From Klebsormidium nitens (Eukaryota; Plantae; Klebsormidiophyceae), in contig DF237675.1 in NCBI GenBank assembly GCA_000708835.1, positions 1 to 39,691 of the forward strand: a stretch of 39,691 bases of DNA, given 5' to 3'. Below, piece after piece: positions 1 to 12,903 of this stretch (the first letter of the stretch is position 1; each line of letters opens with the position of its first letter). Position numbers and translations under genes: made by a program. Below the pieces are notes generated by a model. That model searched no databases. It was not told the origin of the DNA and worked only from the letters and a program-made list of their open reading frames with translations.

Positions 1-433
1 TCGGTTAGCCTTAAGTCCCGACCGTTTCGACGCGCGGGTGATCGAACACACTCGAACACCGCCGCGGGGGGTGCTGACGTGGCGTCCTCTCCGGTACATG
101 CAACCATATTTAGCGTCACCGGCCAAATCCGGCAGATTCATTACCGCGCGTGCACCGTCCGATCGGTCAAGGGCGATTTTGGCCCTTCATTTTAGTCCGA
201 ACTTCATTTGGTAGGCCCAGATCGAGGGCTCGACTTTATATTTTCGGACTGTTGGCTTTGCCGACCCATTTATACCGGGCTCGTGTGTGTGTGTCAATTG
301 AAACTTTGCCCTGTGCGGCCAGTGCCGGCAATGATCACGGTCACGATTCAGGGACCAGAGGTGGAGCCTACAGTGGCTGTTTTTGCTGCTTCAAGAACCC
401 ATCCTAGTTGCACTTGACTCTGCCTGAGTATGC

Positions 434-482
434 TGACGTCACTGTATTCGCGCTTTTTTGAGGCCGACAATGACGTCACTGT
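434..482. promoter_or_regulatory. Two copies of TGACGTCACTGT (palindromic TGACGTCA bZIP/C-box core) upstream of BASS3
   Basis: Identical 12-mers at 434-445 and 471-482, about 500 bp before the ATG at 967. Function is untested inference. Confidence 0.25.
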
Positions 483-966
483 CTGGGTCAACGCATTCAA
501 ATTTCAATATGCCCGGTCAGCACCTAGGTGTTGACTTCTGCGTCCGCCACGCGTCCTGTCGCCATCCTGGACAAATTAGGAACCCTAAAATTGCATACGG
601 TCCGCTTCGTCGACGGGGCTGAATCAACATCTCAGATCCGACCAATTCGATTCGACTCGCATCAAACTTGTGGACAAGCAACCTTCTTGGAACTCGGGCG
701 AATTGGATTCTGCTCGCAGGAGGATCGTCAAATTCAATGATCATCCAATTTACCGTATGAGGCATTGGCAACCCCACCTGGCTAGGGCGCTAGCAAAGGA
801 AGAGCTGGCGCAGGAAGGACATCTGCGCTCCTGTTGTACTTCATTGGATGTGCCACTTTCCTGAGGTAGGTACTGAGGTTGTGCGGCGTGCATAAGAGGA
901 GTGAGTAACGGGAGGGTCTGTGTGTATTGCACTTGACCCCGACACGGGCGCAAGGAAGTTGCCTCA

Positions 967-3900
967 ATGGCCGCCATGAGCGTGCAGGCGGCTTCGTCTG
1001 TGGCTGTCCGCATCTCTGAGAGCCTGGCCGGCACCGCCAGCACATCGGGGCGGTGTTCATCCAATAGTAGGAATCTGCGCGGCGTATGCTGGGGGGAGGC
1101 TCCACTCAGCCAACCCGTGTTACGACAGCCGCCTTGTCCCTCAGGTGTGGGGCAACACGAAGTGTCAAAGCAAGCAGTCCGTTTTATATTGCTGCCTAGC
1201 TGCACTGATGTTTGCTCTGGCTGTTGCTGACCAACTCTAATTGCATGTTGCAATGATCATGTCTCTGAAGCTTGAGGTGTGACTTAGAGGCTTGAAGGGT
1301 CCTGTTGCACCTCAATCATATGGTTCTCAACGTTGCTGCATTCCTTGCAGGCTGTTCACCCTCCTTTTCCAGTCCTCCTCTCCCTTCCATTTCGTCTTCC
1401 CAAAGCCAGCGGCAATCGTGTCATAGTAGGGTGGACAGCAATGCTAGTATTTGCGGAGATACCACCGGGTTGCTGCCATTCCCGCACCGCAAGCAGACAA
1501 AACGGGCCGTGTTTTCCAATGGCAATGCAAGAGGGCAGAGCCAGAGTCGAGGGCGTGTAGGGACTGTCAATCGAGAAGGCAATGTGGGGGTTGCATCATT
1601 TGGTCCCAGCAGGGGCTCGCAATCGCCGCGCGCAGCGCAGAAAGTGGACCTAGCAAAGATGATTTCAGGAGCAATGCCGCTCGTTGTGCTGGCCACCGCG
1701 GTGGCTGCGCTGTCTCATCCGCCGTCCTTCAGCTGGTTCAAGAAGCAGTACTATGCTCCTGCGCTGGGGGGCATTATGCTGTCCATAGGGGTCCAGCTCT
1801 CGGTGGCCGACTTTGCACTGGTGTTCAAACAGCCAACCCCGGTGCTGGTGAGTCTGAGAGCTGTGGTTTGATTGGTCGTTTTGTAGAGCTAAGGCTTGTG
1901 CTTCGGCCAAAGTTGCGAGTGCACATCCACTCATATACATTGATTGCTGAGTGTTTGAGAACACATTGTGAAGATTAGGGCCAGTCGTCTATCTGCACAC
2001 TGTCTTTGGGACCTGCTCGGCTGAGCACTAGGTTCCGCGAAATTTAATTTCCATGTTGTGGTCTGGAAATGAAGGTCAAGTTGTTATGTCTGCTTCATCC
2101 GCTGGTTTTTTAACAGCTTGGCTGGGAGCCCAAGCCTGCGAAGGCTCAATACTTTGCCAGCTTGCAGGTCCACCCCCGGGTCCTTCGACTAACTGTTGTA
2201 TGGTTCTATTTTTAACATGTGACCTTTAAAGTTGGGGAGATAATTCCTGGTGCTAACGACCATTACGCGTATTCCCTGATGTTTGAGCAGCAACACCCAG
2301 TTCTCCATATAGCAGTTTTTTATAGGTTTACCTGCCAACCCAACTTGCCATTCAATCTAAAGCCCCCACTTTGCAGGCTGGCTACCTTGCCCAATATATG
2401 TTGAAGCCCGCATTGGGTTATTTGGCCGTCACGGCGTTTGGGGTTCCTCCCATGTTTGCGTCGGGCCTGCTGCTGACGGCCTGCGTGGCGGGCGCGCAGC
2501 TGTCCAGCTATGCCGCATACCTCAGCGGGGGAGACGTGGCACTCAGCATTGTCCTCACTAGCGTCACCACCATCACGTGAGCCACGCATGCCACCCTGGC
2601 AGCAAAGCGCGAGCTGCGAGACATAGCAACCCTGTTTTCTCTGCTTTGGATGCAATTGAGCCAATGGATTGTGTCTGTCTTTGTGAGGGTATTTAGATTT
2701 ATTAGTCCGCGTAATGCAGGCAACGAGCGGTCCCAGTTGAGCCTGCAGACTGATGCGAGCACTCTTGCAGGTCGGTGGTTGTCACGCCGTTGCTCACGCA
2801 GCTCCTCATTGGGGCAGCAGTGCCCATTGACGTGGTGGGCATGGCAAAAAGCATTATGCAGGTGAGACGGGTGTGGAACTGATGTTACGGTGCTAGAGTT
2901 CCTACCGAACGATGCCCTTGCAATGCTTGGAGATGCTGACTCAAGTCCTCCTAGGATGCCTTGTCTCTCCTCAGGTCAGGGCAGCCGTGCTTAGAGTTTG
3001 TTATCATAGGCCTTCAAGACTATTTCCAAAGGTGACATCCCCTGGACTCCAGTAATCTGATAGTTTGGTAATCTGAAAGCTGCAACACTTGAAGTGGCCT
3101 CTGCGGTGCGTGCTGGACCTTCTTCCAGACAGCACGTCTGTATCCTGATTACTGCGTCTCCCTTGCTTCACATGCCAGCCAACTTGTCAAGTAGTAAAAT
3201 ACCACAACATTTGAGACTATTTTTTCTGCTTCATTTTCGGCCCAGCCCCGCGCCCTTCCCCATTTCCCTCTCCTTTTTGTGACCCCGCCCGTGTTCTCCC
3301 TTCACCCCCCAGGTCGTGGTCGGCCCGGTGTTCCTGGGCCTGGCCCTCAACACGTATGCGCGCCGCCAGGTGGACGCAGTGCGCCCATACGTGCCCCTCG
3401 TGGGCATGCTGTGCACGTCGCTGTGCATCGGCAGCCCCCTCGCCATGAACCGCGCCATGCTCCTCAACCCTGCCGGCGTGCGCCTCCTTGCGCCCGTGAT
3501 CGCCTTCCACGTCGCTGCCTTTGCTGCGGGCTACTGGTTCTCCAAGCTGCCTCTCTGGAAGTGAGTCACGACAAGGGGCGTATGTGTGGTGCTCGGTTGC
3601 GGTGGTCACGGCTGGTGGGGTGTACTCGTGCAGGCATGGTCGCGAGTGGCGTGTCATTGGACTAGAGGCCTCTGAGTAGTGGGGACTGTCACAGCTTTTC
3701 CTAGCTGGAATGTCAAGGGAGCTCGTTGTAGCTAGGAGTTAGCTGTGGTTCGAAGCGCAAGAGTATGAGCTGACTGCCAGCAATGAGCCTGTACATCTTC
3801 TTCAGTAGAGTCTATGCTATTCAGCATCTGTTGCAGTTGCATTCTTCTAGACTAGTGTCTCTAGCGAGCAGGCTGCGGAGGGGGCAGCCTCGACTCTGAC

Positions 3901-4262
3901 CACAGGCTATTCGCTCTCCTTGGCTGACCACTTGCAGCTGCTCCTGCACAGAAGTGCACCCCAGGTGTGCTGCTCTCACGGCTGCATTTCTTTGGTGCAG
4001 GATGGACGAGCGAGCGGCACGCACCATCAGCCTGTGCACGGGCATGCAGAGCAGCACGCTGGCCATGCTATTGGCCACGCAGTTCTTTGGGACAACGGCC
4101 GCCGTGCCCCCCGCATGCTCGGTAGTCTTTATGGCCCTCTCCGGGCTCACGCTGGCGACGTTCTGGGGACGCGGCTATGGAATAGGACCACTACTTAAGT
4201 CTATGGGAAGGAATATGTATCTCTCAAAACAGAACCGCGAGGGTATGGAGATGGTGGCCTGA
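967..4262 (+). CDS. BASS3: Bile acid:sodium symporter (BASS/SBF family) plastid metabolite transporter, BASS3-like; 6 exons
   Basis: Exons 967-1144, 1351-1847, 2377-2576, 2771-2861, 3313-3560, 4001-4262; all junctions GT-AG and phase-compatible. Ser/Ala/Arg-rich transit-peptide-like N-terminus, then YYAPALGGIMLSIGVQLS, AGYLAQYMLKP, GAQLSSYAAYLSGGDVALSIVLT, RTISLCTGMQSSTLA. Subfamily assignment is from my recollection of Arabidopsis BASS motifs, not a search. Confidence 0.88.
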
Positions 4263-5896
4263 CACTTTCTTACGCCATGAATACAAGAAGCTCAGGGGTC
4301 TTGTCAAGTAAGTGAAGTTTTCTTTCGGACACATATACGGTTATGAAAACGTGTTGAAAGGCATGTATATTCCAGGAATGCAGGTTACGGTGCGACACTT
4401 TATTTAGGGCTAGTATAATTGCGCTACTGGTTAACGAGTGTAACAGTATGTCCGTGGTCTTGGACGAGTCGAGGCAATGTAAGGGAGATTAGCAAACAAA
4501 ATCGTCTGTACAGCTAGTCTCTACTGGACACCGATAATTGGACACGGGTGTGTTTTCAAGTCAAGCTTTCAACGTCTGACCGATGGGCTGGTACATCCTA
4601 AGTTGTTGCCACGCAACTTCGTTCTTGCAAGTATACCAGTTTTACTTTTGGATCGTGCAAGGATCGGGCGGTGCTCTAGTATGAAGTGCGGCTGCATATA
4701 CGTATCCTCCCATGATCATCTTTCAGTCAAGTAAGTTGGCGTAGTGGTACATACAGCCGTGCAAGATAAGATAAACGACTTTGATCGGGAGATGATGTGG
4801 CATGGCATGCAGAGTGCATCAGTGAGCTTGAGACTGTTCTGGAAGTACGTATGGTCACTCTGATTTTTGACTCCGACATGTAAGCCTTGAACATCACACA
4901 CTCATCAACATTTTCAACATAAGGGGGTTGCGGGCACCGGCATGCATGCAATCTGACCATTGCACGCGCAAGAGTTCATGCGACTGGCCGGGAGCGCAAG
5001 GGTAATTGACTTTCGCATGCAATCCGTTTGAGTGATCTCGAACCACGAATGATGATGTATGTTTTAAGAAAACTGCAGCACGCGTACAAAACACGCGACC
5101 CCAGCCTGAATGTTAACTACTATTACGTGCTAGTGGCATATAGTCTTTGCTCAATCGGGTAATTCCATTGTTGTTAGAGGTCCCACCAGACGTATCGTCC
5201 AGCGCCAATTTCAATCATTGCAACTTGTCTAAACTCAAAACAATCCGATACGTCCACTCCGTGTCTGTGACTTCCGTAATTCTCACCAGTTACGCTAGGA
5301 CATCTACCAGACCGCCACAGAGTCTACTGTAGCTTGCTTTGAAGGCTGACTGAACGCATTTGCTAACTGGCAAGTGATATCTTCGGCTTACTCCAAACTT
5401 CTTATGAACTGCTCCGCAAGTAATGATCTGCAAAAAGAAGCGTTTCTCGAGAGTTTTGACCTACTTTGTGACAGGAAGCGGGCAATTAATTAGGCTAAAG
5501 TACACAGGCTGATTGACGACATCTAAAACGCAACCAAATCTTTTAAGGTAAAGCAGGCGCATGCTCAAGAAACCACGGGCTTTGGTGGCAGCTGGCAGTA
5601 TTCTAGACCGAGTAAGCAGCTTCAAGTTCGCTGGCCCTCGCATGCGCCTCCTTTGCGCCCTTCTCGTCTCCGCACATTCTCCTACACCGTGCCTGCCAAA
5701 GAAACAGGCCAGCAATCAGTCCGCAAGTCGCTGTCTAGCCTGCGACTGGGCGAGAATGAGAGGCCCTCGAGCGATCTGTTTGCTGAGAGCTGGTGCTACA
5801 ACAGAGGCCGAACGGGCAGTCGCGGCCTTCATGAATCTCCTGTGTCCATGGCTTCGTTTTCAACTCACTTACCCGTCCAGCTGACGCAACCGAGTG

Positions 5897-8800
5897 CTAT
5901 TGACGCTTGGCGTTTCCGATCAACACCGAGGCCAATGGGACGCTCAAGTTCCCCTTCTTGAAAGCCTGCTAGTCTGTCAAGCAGAGAGCCCGCCGCAAAG
6001 CTGCCCGAATCAACACCGTGAAACAAAGCACGCTGCTGTCGAAGCAAACGAGGCTGACGTCAACAGCGCTCCTTGCTTGCGACACGGCCGCAGGTTGGCG
6101 GCGGGGGTGCGTACCAGGAGGTGGTGCGTGAAGGGCACCCGGTCCCGTTCCCGGGCCCGCTCCTGCAGCAGGCGCAGCGCGGCGTGGCAGCGACCCGCAG
6201 CGAGCAACACGGAGCACAGCAGCTCCTGGAACACGTCCAACTGCTCGTCGGACGCACCGATCACCTGCGCAACACGTGACAACGCGCCTCGGCGATGCGC
6301 GCCAGAGTGAATAAGGAACGGCAATACGGGCCGTGACAAAAGGACGAAGCAAGGGTGATCTCGAATAGGTGAGTAAGGTGGATCCATGACCAGGCGCTTT
6401 GGGGAGTACTTCACTCCCGCTGTGAGGACTCAATTTGGCGAACCCGAGGGGAATCCCGGCTGGTGCTGCAGCGGGGCCTCACCTTGAGGCTCTTCCAGTC
6501 CGTTGCCAGCAGGCCGTCGGCCGCCTCGTCCATGTCTCCGGCCGCATACCGAGACACAGCCTCGGCCAACCGCAGCCAGCCGGCCTGCGCAGGCAACGCG
6601 GAGAGTGAGCACACGGAGCAAGCAGCCACCCTCAGGTTGGAAGAGGATTGAAAACAGCAGCAGTGTCCCCGCAGGTGGCGCCAACCGATCACCGCATTCG
6701 AGCAGCACTCCATCCGGACATTCGAAACCGTCTCGCACACAACCGCAGCTCTGAAGAGCGCTCCGACCTGCGCAGCTCTGACAGTTGCTGACCGTTTTGC
6801 TGCACAGCCAAAGTCCGCCGCCATTAACAGACAAGAGGGAGCCGGCAGCATGCATGCTGCACCCCTGCGAGTTGTCTCCTCGAGGAAGGGGCGGTACAGC
6901 TACCTGGAGGGCGTCTCGTCTCGGCCCTTTTTGCTTCTCTGCGAGCGCCGCCATCTTGGCAAGCAGCTGGCGGCCCCCTGCGTCGCGCCCGCAGCGCGGC
7001 AGTGCCCAGCACGCCAGCACGTCCAGCAGCAGCTCCACGTGCCACAGGCCCTGCAGACCACGTGGGGCAGGATCGGATAAGTGCCTCAGGCACAGGCAAC
7101 TGCTGGGTGGGATCTGAACGTTCGAGGTTGCGGGCGGAGGCCGGGCCAGGGCCCAGCAGTGGCTGGCGCGCCCCTTGGCCGCCTGTGAACGCAGCAGCTT
7201 TTGAAAACCAGGGTGCGGGAATGACCCTGTGCATGACCAGCTCAGCGAGCTGCGTCCCGTACTGGCTGGCATGGGTGGACACACTTACACAAACGAATAG
7301 GCGGAGCTGTTCACGAGCTTGAAAAAATAACACTGCATCACTGCTCAGTATCAGAAGGGACTTCGAAACGCAAGTTGTTTGAAAGGAGGAAGACCCGGAC
7401 GTCAAGAGTCTCCGAAAGACATCGAGGACGCGTGGAGTGCCTGTACCTCGTTCTGGATACGGTCCGTCAGTGCGGGCAGTCTGGCGTGCACCTCGGCGCC
7501 ATGCCCGCGCAGCTCGAGCCGCAGCAGCAGCCCCAGCCCGTTAGAACAGTCCTGCAACCAACTCCCAAGAACGACACCGTCAACATTGCTCCAATCGAGC
7601 TGGGGCCAGCATGCCGAGTCAGCTTGAATGGTTTCACACTTCTGAAAATTGCAACAAGCAACCACTGCGCCCTGGCATGGCGGCATTCCTGCCTGTAGGG
7701 GCTCCGGCGTGTGCGCTCACCTCGGTGGAGCCCTGGTCCCGCCACTCGTCCTTCCAGATGTGCTGGTCAAACACGGCCAGCGCAGCCTGGGGCCGGCCCA
7801 TGTCAACGTAGCAGAGGGCGAGGTGCCACCAGTTGTGGATGTACCTACGCAGGCAAGGTAGCCATCTAATCAACTCAATGACATTAAGCCCAGTGGACTG
7901 TAAGTGGGGCTGGTTTGGTGAGGGGATTATGGGGATTTCAATACAGGTGCGAAGCGTATAAACCTCTGGTTTAGTGCTCTGATTAAACTCAAAAGGTTCG
8001 TCTTCAAAGGGCTTTTCCGTTCACTAGTTCGAGGAGCAAGAGGCGGCTTCAGAACCAGGCAGGGGGTAAATGCCCCTTCGGCATAAGGGAGCTTGTCAGA
8101 GCAGCAGCTGTAATACAAGGGGCAGGGCAGGCCTGTTAAAACAGGTCCTCTCGGGAAAGCCAAAAGTTGCATCAACTGACACACTAAGAGCAGACAGAAA
8201 GCACGCATTCCATGCGCTCAGATGGACTCTTCGTCAATGTGTGCGAACAACCCTACAATTGCTTTGGTGGGGGGGTCGACATGTTGCCCCCATGGTGCCT
8301 TCTTGACTCACATGAAGGGGCAGCAGTGTTGCCACTGGTGCACTCTCTGCAGCATGAAGCGCACCGCCTCCTCAAACTGGCAGCGGTGGTGGTACACGTG
8401 GCACAGTGCATGCTGGGCCCATGGGTCGTCCTCTCGCAATGCCAGCCCTGCGCGTGCTGCCGCTTCAGCCTCTGTCACGCGGCCTGCCTCCAGCAGGGCA
8501 AACGCCAGGCAGCCGTGGAAGAACGGGGAACGAGCATTCGCCTTCTCTACCTGGGGACCATGCCAAAGTTAGGAAAGATAGACAGGCAAAGCACCTACTG
8601 CAATCCCCACAGAAACTTGAGCGGGGATCCTCGTTCTGGTAAAGGACGGCGCTAGGCTAGCTGGACCTCTGGAAGGATTGACAGTCATGTACTTGGGTAC
8701 ACTTGAGTGCTCTCTGCTGAAGGACAATATCAGCGACAACTGAGCTCGCAATCTACGCTACAGTAACTCCGATCAACATCTTGCCCCTATAGGCTTCTGC

Positions 8801-9889
8801 ATTACTAGGCGGGGCGCAGCAATAGGGAGGAGAGGGCCCTACCATTTGCGCCAGGCGCAGCATGAGGTCCTGCTGCCCCACATAGAAGGCAAGTGTCTGT
8901 GCCCGCTTCAACGTCACCAAATCTTGCGGCCAGTCTTGCAGCAGGGAAAGATGCTTCTCCAGTATGAGCGCCACATCCCCCGCTGCCAATGCTAGGATGC
9001 ACTCCAGGTGAGCCTGCTCATACAGGGTGCACTGACCGGCGGCCATCTGCACAGACAGCACCCGACGTTGGAGCAGGCCGGCGAGGGGGGGGAGATCTGC
9101 ACTCTCTATCAATAAGAGTGGATAGAGCATAAGAAAAGCCCCTTGGGACGGTGTATACGACTTCAAAATACTTGAAGGGCTCAACAGAGATGTCAAGGAA
9201 GAAAGGGGGCGACCAACGTGTGCTGTTGAATTTGAGGATCGGACCCGCCGCAAGGCAAACCAGGCAGCTGAGCTGGAGCCTACACGAATTGGAAAGACCA
9301 AACCAACCTGACGCGGGCCCCATCACTTGCACACAGCTCATTGCCAGAAGGCATACTTCCCAACCACTCTGGATTGGCCACTCTCTCACCTGTTCCTGTG
9401 CTCGCTTGAGGAAGGTGCTGGAAGGAGGGTCCGGGGGAGGCAAACGGGGGCACTTCTTCTCTGCAGCAAGGCAAACTGCGCCCGCCAGCGTGTTGGCTAG
9501 GCAGCAGGAAGGATCAGCCTGTGCAGCCAGGACGGCCAGCTGCAAGTTGCTGCCATACGCCAGCACCTGGGGCAACACAAACGGGGCCAGGTCAGAAGAC
9601 AAATTCAACCCAGAAGATAGACGGCAATCACTGCTGGGTGTGCCCGCATCTGGTATAAGATGGGCACAGCTGCAGGTGTACTGCGAGAGCGCAGAGATCT
9701 AGACGCCACAGGTGGCCACACCCTTCCAAGCATGCACTGAAGAGGAACAGCAGATGCATGGAAGCTTAGCCAATGTCACCAATATGTGCCCACCTGTTCC
9801 GCATATGCGTCCAGCAGGGTCAAGCACTTGTCCGATACAGAATGGATGGGCAGCGTGCCCCGCCAGCAGCAGCGCGGAGGCTGCACCAT
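5897..9889 (-). CDS. TTC38: Tetratricopeptide repeat protein 38 (TTC38)-like; about 10 coding exons
   Basis: Exons 9889-9794, 9566-9390, 9046-8843, 8550-8312, 7844-7721, 7551-7447, 7050-6904, 6584-6483, 6264-6115 and probably 5965-5897; phases join cleanly. Motifs AYAEQVLAYG, DLVTLKRAQTLAFY, HGCLAFALLEAG, DDPWAQHALCHV, MYIHNWWHLALCY, IGASDEQLDVF. An in-frame TAG upstream of ATG 9889 and an acceptor near 9925 imply a 5'UTR intron. Last exon less certain. Confidence 0.85.
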
Positions 9890-10700
9890 TGCAGCCTGTT
9901 CCGCCAGCTATCGTGCACTCTGTGAGTAGCTACAGACATAAACCAAACAAAGTGAGCCTCGTAAGTTTAGCCCCCACTCAGGCTCTGGCACTATTGCGAT
10001 ATTCCTGGTCAAGGATCTTGTGGACACAACAAGGCCACATAGACCTCAATTCAATTCAACCACAATGTTCTCTTTCCATAAACCCGTACACATACGCATG
10101 AGGCTGCTAGGACATAGTCACTGTCGTAGCCGGGAGCACTGAGCCTGATGCGATGCAACAGAATGGGCAGCAAACTTCCTCCCTCCGCCGCAGGACTTTT
10201 CTCCAGACTTGGCCAGCGCACACATGTATGAATGCTTCAATTGAATCTGATGCCAGCAATGCCAAAGATGGCCGTCTTCCTTTCCTAAGGCAAAGGGGGC
10301 CTTCGGCATACATCAATCAATTTTTATATTTGGGTCACCGAAGCCCTAATAACAGCCCAAAAGGCAAACACACATCAATCAATTAATCAACTTTTTAAAC
10401 GACTGTCTGTAAAGACGGCGCCGGTTATCGATGCCTTGACAAGAATGAGCCTTGAGTGCGGCACCTATTCATGCTTGGACCCCAAACGTCTTTCCGGACG
10501 GCACGCCGGATATACCGACGAGAGTTCGGAGTTGTGGGCCAGTGTTTAATTTCTTATGGAAAATTAGGGGATTGCTGGATAATAACGTCCTACCACTGCC
10601 AGCGAATACCATCTGCAATTCACAGAGCTGAGAGAACCGTAACGCAGCAAAATCCAGGACCAAGTGGAATTAGCAATTTTGCTGGCGGCTACTGTATGAT

Positions 10701-11983
10701 ATGGCCACCTGTTCTCACAGCTGCAGACCTCTCATCTGGGTTGGTGAATGGTGCAGGGCGCAGGACCCTACCCGTCGTCCAGTCTTGGGCCTAAATGCTG
10801 ATTGGCAAGAATGCAGGAGAAGAAAGAATGCAGAAAATTGTCATGGGCGCCATCAGCAGCACTATGCTCGCCGCAGCTCTGCTGCCTGCCGAGCAGGCGG
10901 AGAGCCAGGGCCGGCGAGCAGCGACAGCCGGAGCAGTAATGCAGACACATCATTACAAAGTTTAGAACAACTGCTTCGACCCAAGCAAGAAGGGGCGGGC
11001 GCAGAAAGCAGGAGAGGCGTGGATGCACAGTCAGCAGGTAGGAGTGGTTATCTGCTGGAAGCAGCGATCTGCAATGCTCATCTGCAATTTTCAAATTTTG
11101 AAAAGCTCACTTTGACGGAAGGGAGAATTGCGACAGCTGGTTAGGCTGCAGCATTTGGTCCTCCTCTGTTCCTTTCTCTCTTACAGCTTCTTAAAGCAGC
11201 ATTGCAAATCTCTTTTGTGCAACATCTTAACCAAAGTGGATTGCAATGCGGTCTGATCATACCAACCCAAACACGTGTCCACGGCCTTGGGAGGAGTTCC
11301 AAGTGGGCCATTTTAGTTATTGTTTGTTTCTGAGTTTTTCTAACGCAAGACTACGGCACACATCGGTATCAATTCTCCAAACAATCTTCAAAGTGCATCA
11401 CTCAGGTGCAAGGAGTGCCAAAGACAGCAATGTGGAGGAAGTTACAGCTCCGTTGCTCTCTCAAAAAGGGGCAGTGAAAGGAACAGGTGAGGAAACTTGC
11501 TCATGACTTAATTGTCACGTTGCTTTTCCATAGAGACATAACATGTCCAAGCTCGATTGGGATCAAGTCTTTGAGGAAGTGGCACGTCCACTATTGGCCC
11601 TTGACCTCGTGCTTTTGAGTGTATAGGATCAGACTCACATGGCAGCCAATGTGTCCCCTGTTTTCACGCTGCCGGTCACATCTACCATAATCAACACCTC
11701 AAGTATTCTCAAGTGCTCCGCCCTTTTGCAATCAGCAGCAGCGCCGACCCCCTCGATAACTCTCCAACAACAATTGGACCGTGCATATGAGGAAGCCAGA
11801 CGACCGCAAACAAAAACTCCTGCTCAACTTCGAATTCAAAAGCGACGAGAATATATGGCAAAAGTTGGTAAAAGGAATGATTCGCCGTTCTTTGCACTGG
11901 TTGGTGCACTGGTTTTGGTTCCTCCACTTGTCATTTTGGGGTTTGCAGTTGCAACAGGCTATGTGGATCTCTTCAAGAATTGA
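10701..11983 (+). CDS. Small unknown protein, putative plastid-targeted with C-terminal transmembrane helix; 3 exons, about 220 aa
   Basis: Exons 10701-11037, 11406-11486, about 11736-11983, joined at phase 1 with GT-AG. C-terminus RREYMAKVGKRNDSPFFALVGALVLVPPLVILGFAVATGYVDLFKN holds one hydrophobic segment. The ORF-track start at 11639 probably lies in an intron. Divergent from TTC38. Confidence 0.6.
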
Positions 11984-12903
11984 CTCGAAGCTTTAAACTT
12001 TGGGCCCTAAGCTTGTACTTGCATGCTTGACCCATGCACCACATGAATCCCCTCCCTCATCCAATTCACTATGATGTCAAACTCTTTGCCTACACAATGA
12101 TAGCTAGTTGTTCATGTGCCAGTGGCCATTTGTGACTCGCAATGGACTACCATACCTGCATATCCATATATAGTCCACTATCCACCGTTATAGTGACTGT
12201 ACTACAGTGCATGCCATGTGCCTTTAGCTGCATATTGACGCATTGACATGTCGTGCGTGAGGATCGGACAGACGGGTGTACATAGGACGGCCGGCGCAGA
12301 TATAGGTATGCCATGTGCAAGCGGATACTTCTAATCAACTTGAATCCATAAAACACGAGCTAGACTTATGTGGATATGACGACACGCGTAAATGTTTAAC
12401 ATTATCGATGGCCGCGCCTTGGAGCACACAGTGCATGCCTAAGTTCCCAGCATCATGTGACTGAAGTATACAATATGTATACAACCCGTACAACTATATG
12501 CTGCATGGCTGGTGGATATGTCTTTCCCTGCCCTGCACATTCTAGCATGGGTTAGCTGCGCCAGCTAGTCAAATCATGACGTAGCATGGAAATTAGCCGA
12601 GCAGGCTCATGTCCGCATCTGGCTTAACATGCCACACTCGAGTGAACCCAGCTATATTCTCCATTATTCTGCTTTAGTAGAATGCCATGGCTTTGCCCAA
12701 CATGTGATGTCCACTGACACCGCAGCCGGTAGGAGCAATTTTATCACTTTGCAATTGTGCCTTCTTCTCTTGTGATCGAAAATGCTGATTGTTGTACTTT
12801 ATGCAGACTGTCATTGAGCCAGGAGACAACAACCACTCAAAGCGCAGGTTGCCAGGACATGCCTGGACGAGACCCGACTCGCTCTGGTTCGGATCGGGCG
12901 TGC

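Noticed and set aside
6430-7405. 284-aa and 193-aa ORFs as standalone genes
   Set aside because: Read-through of TTC38 exons into introns; only the spliced parts carry family motifs.
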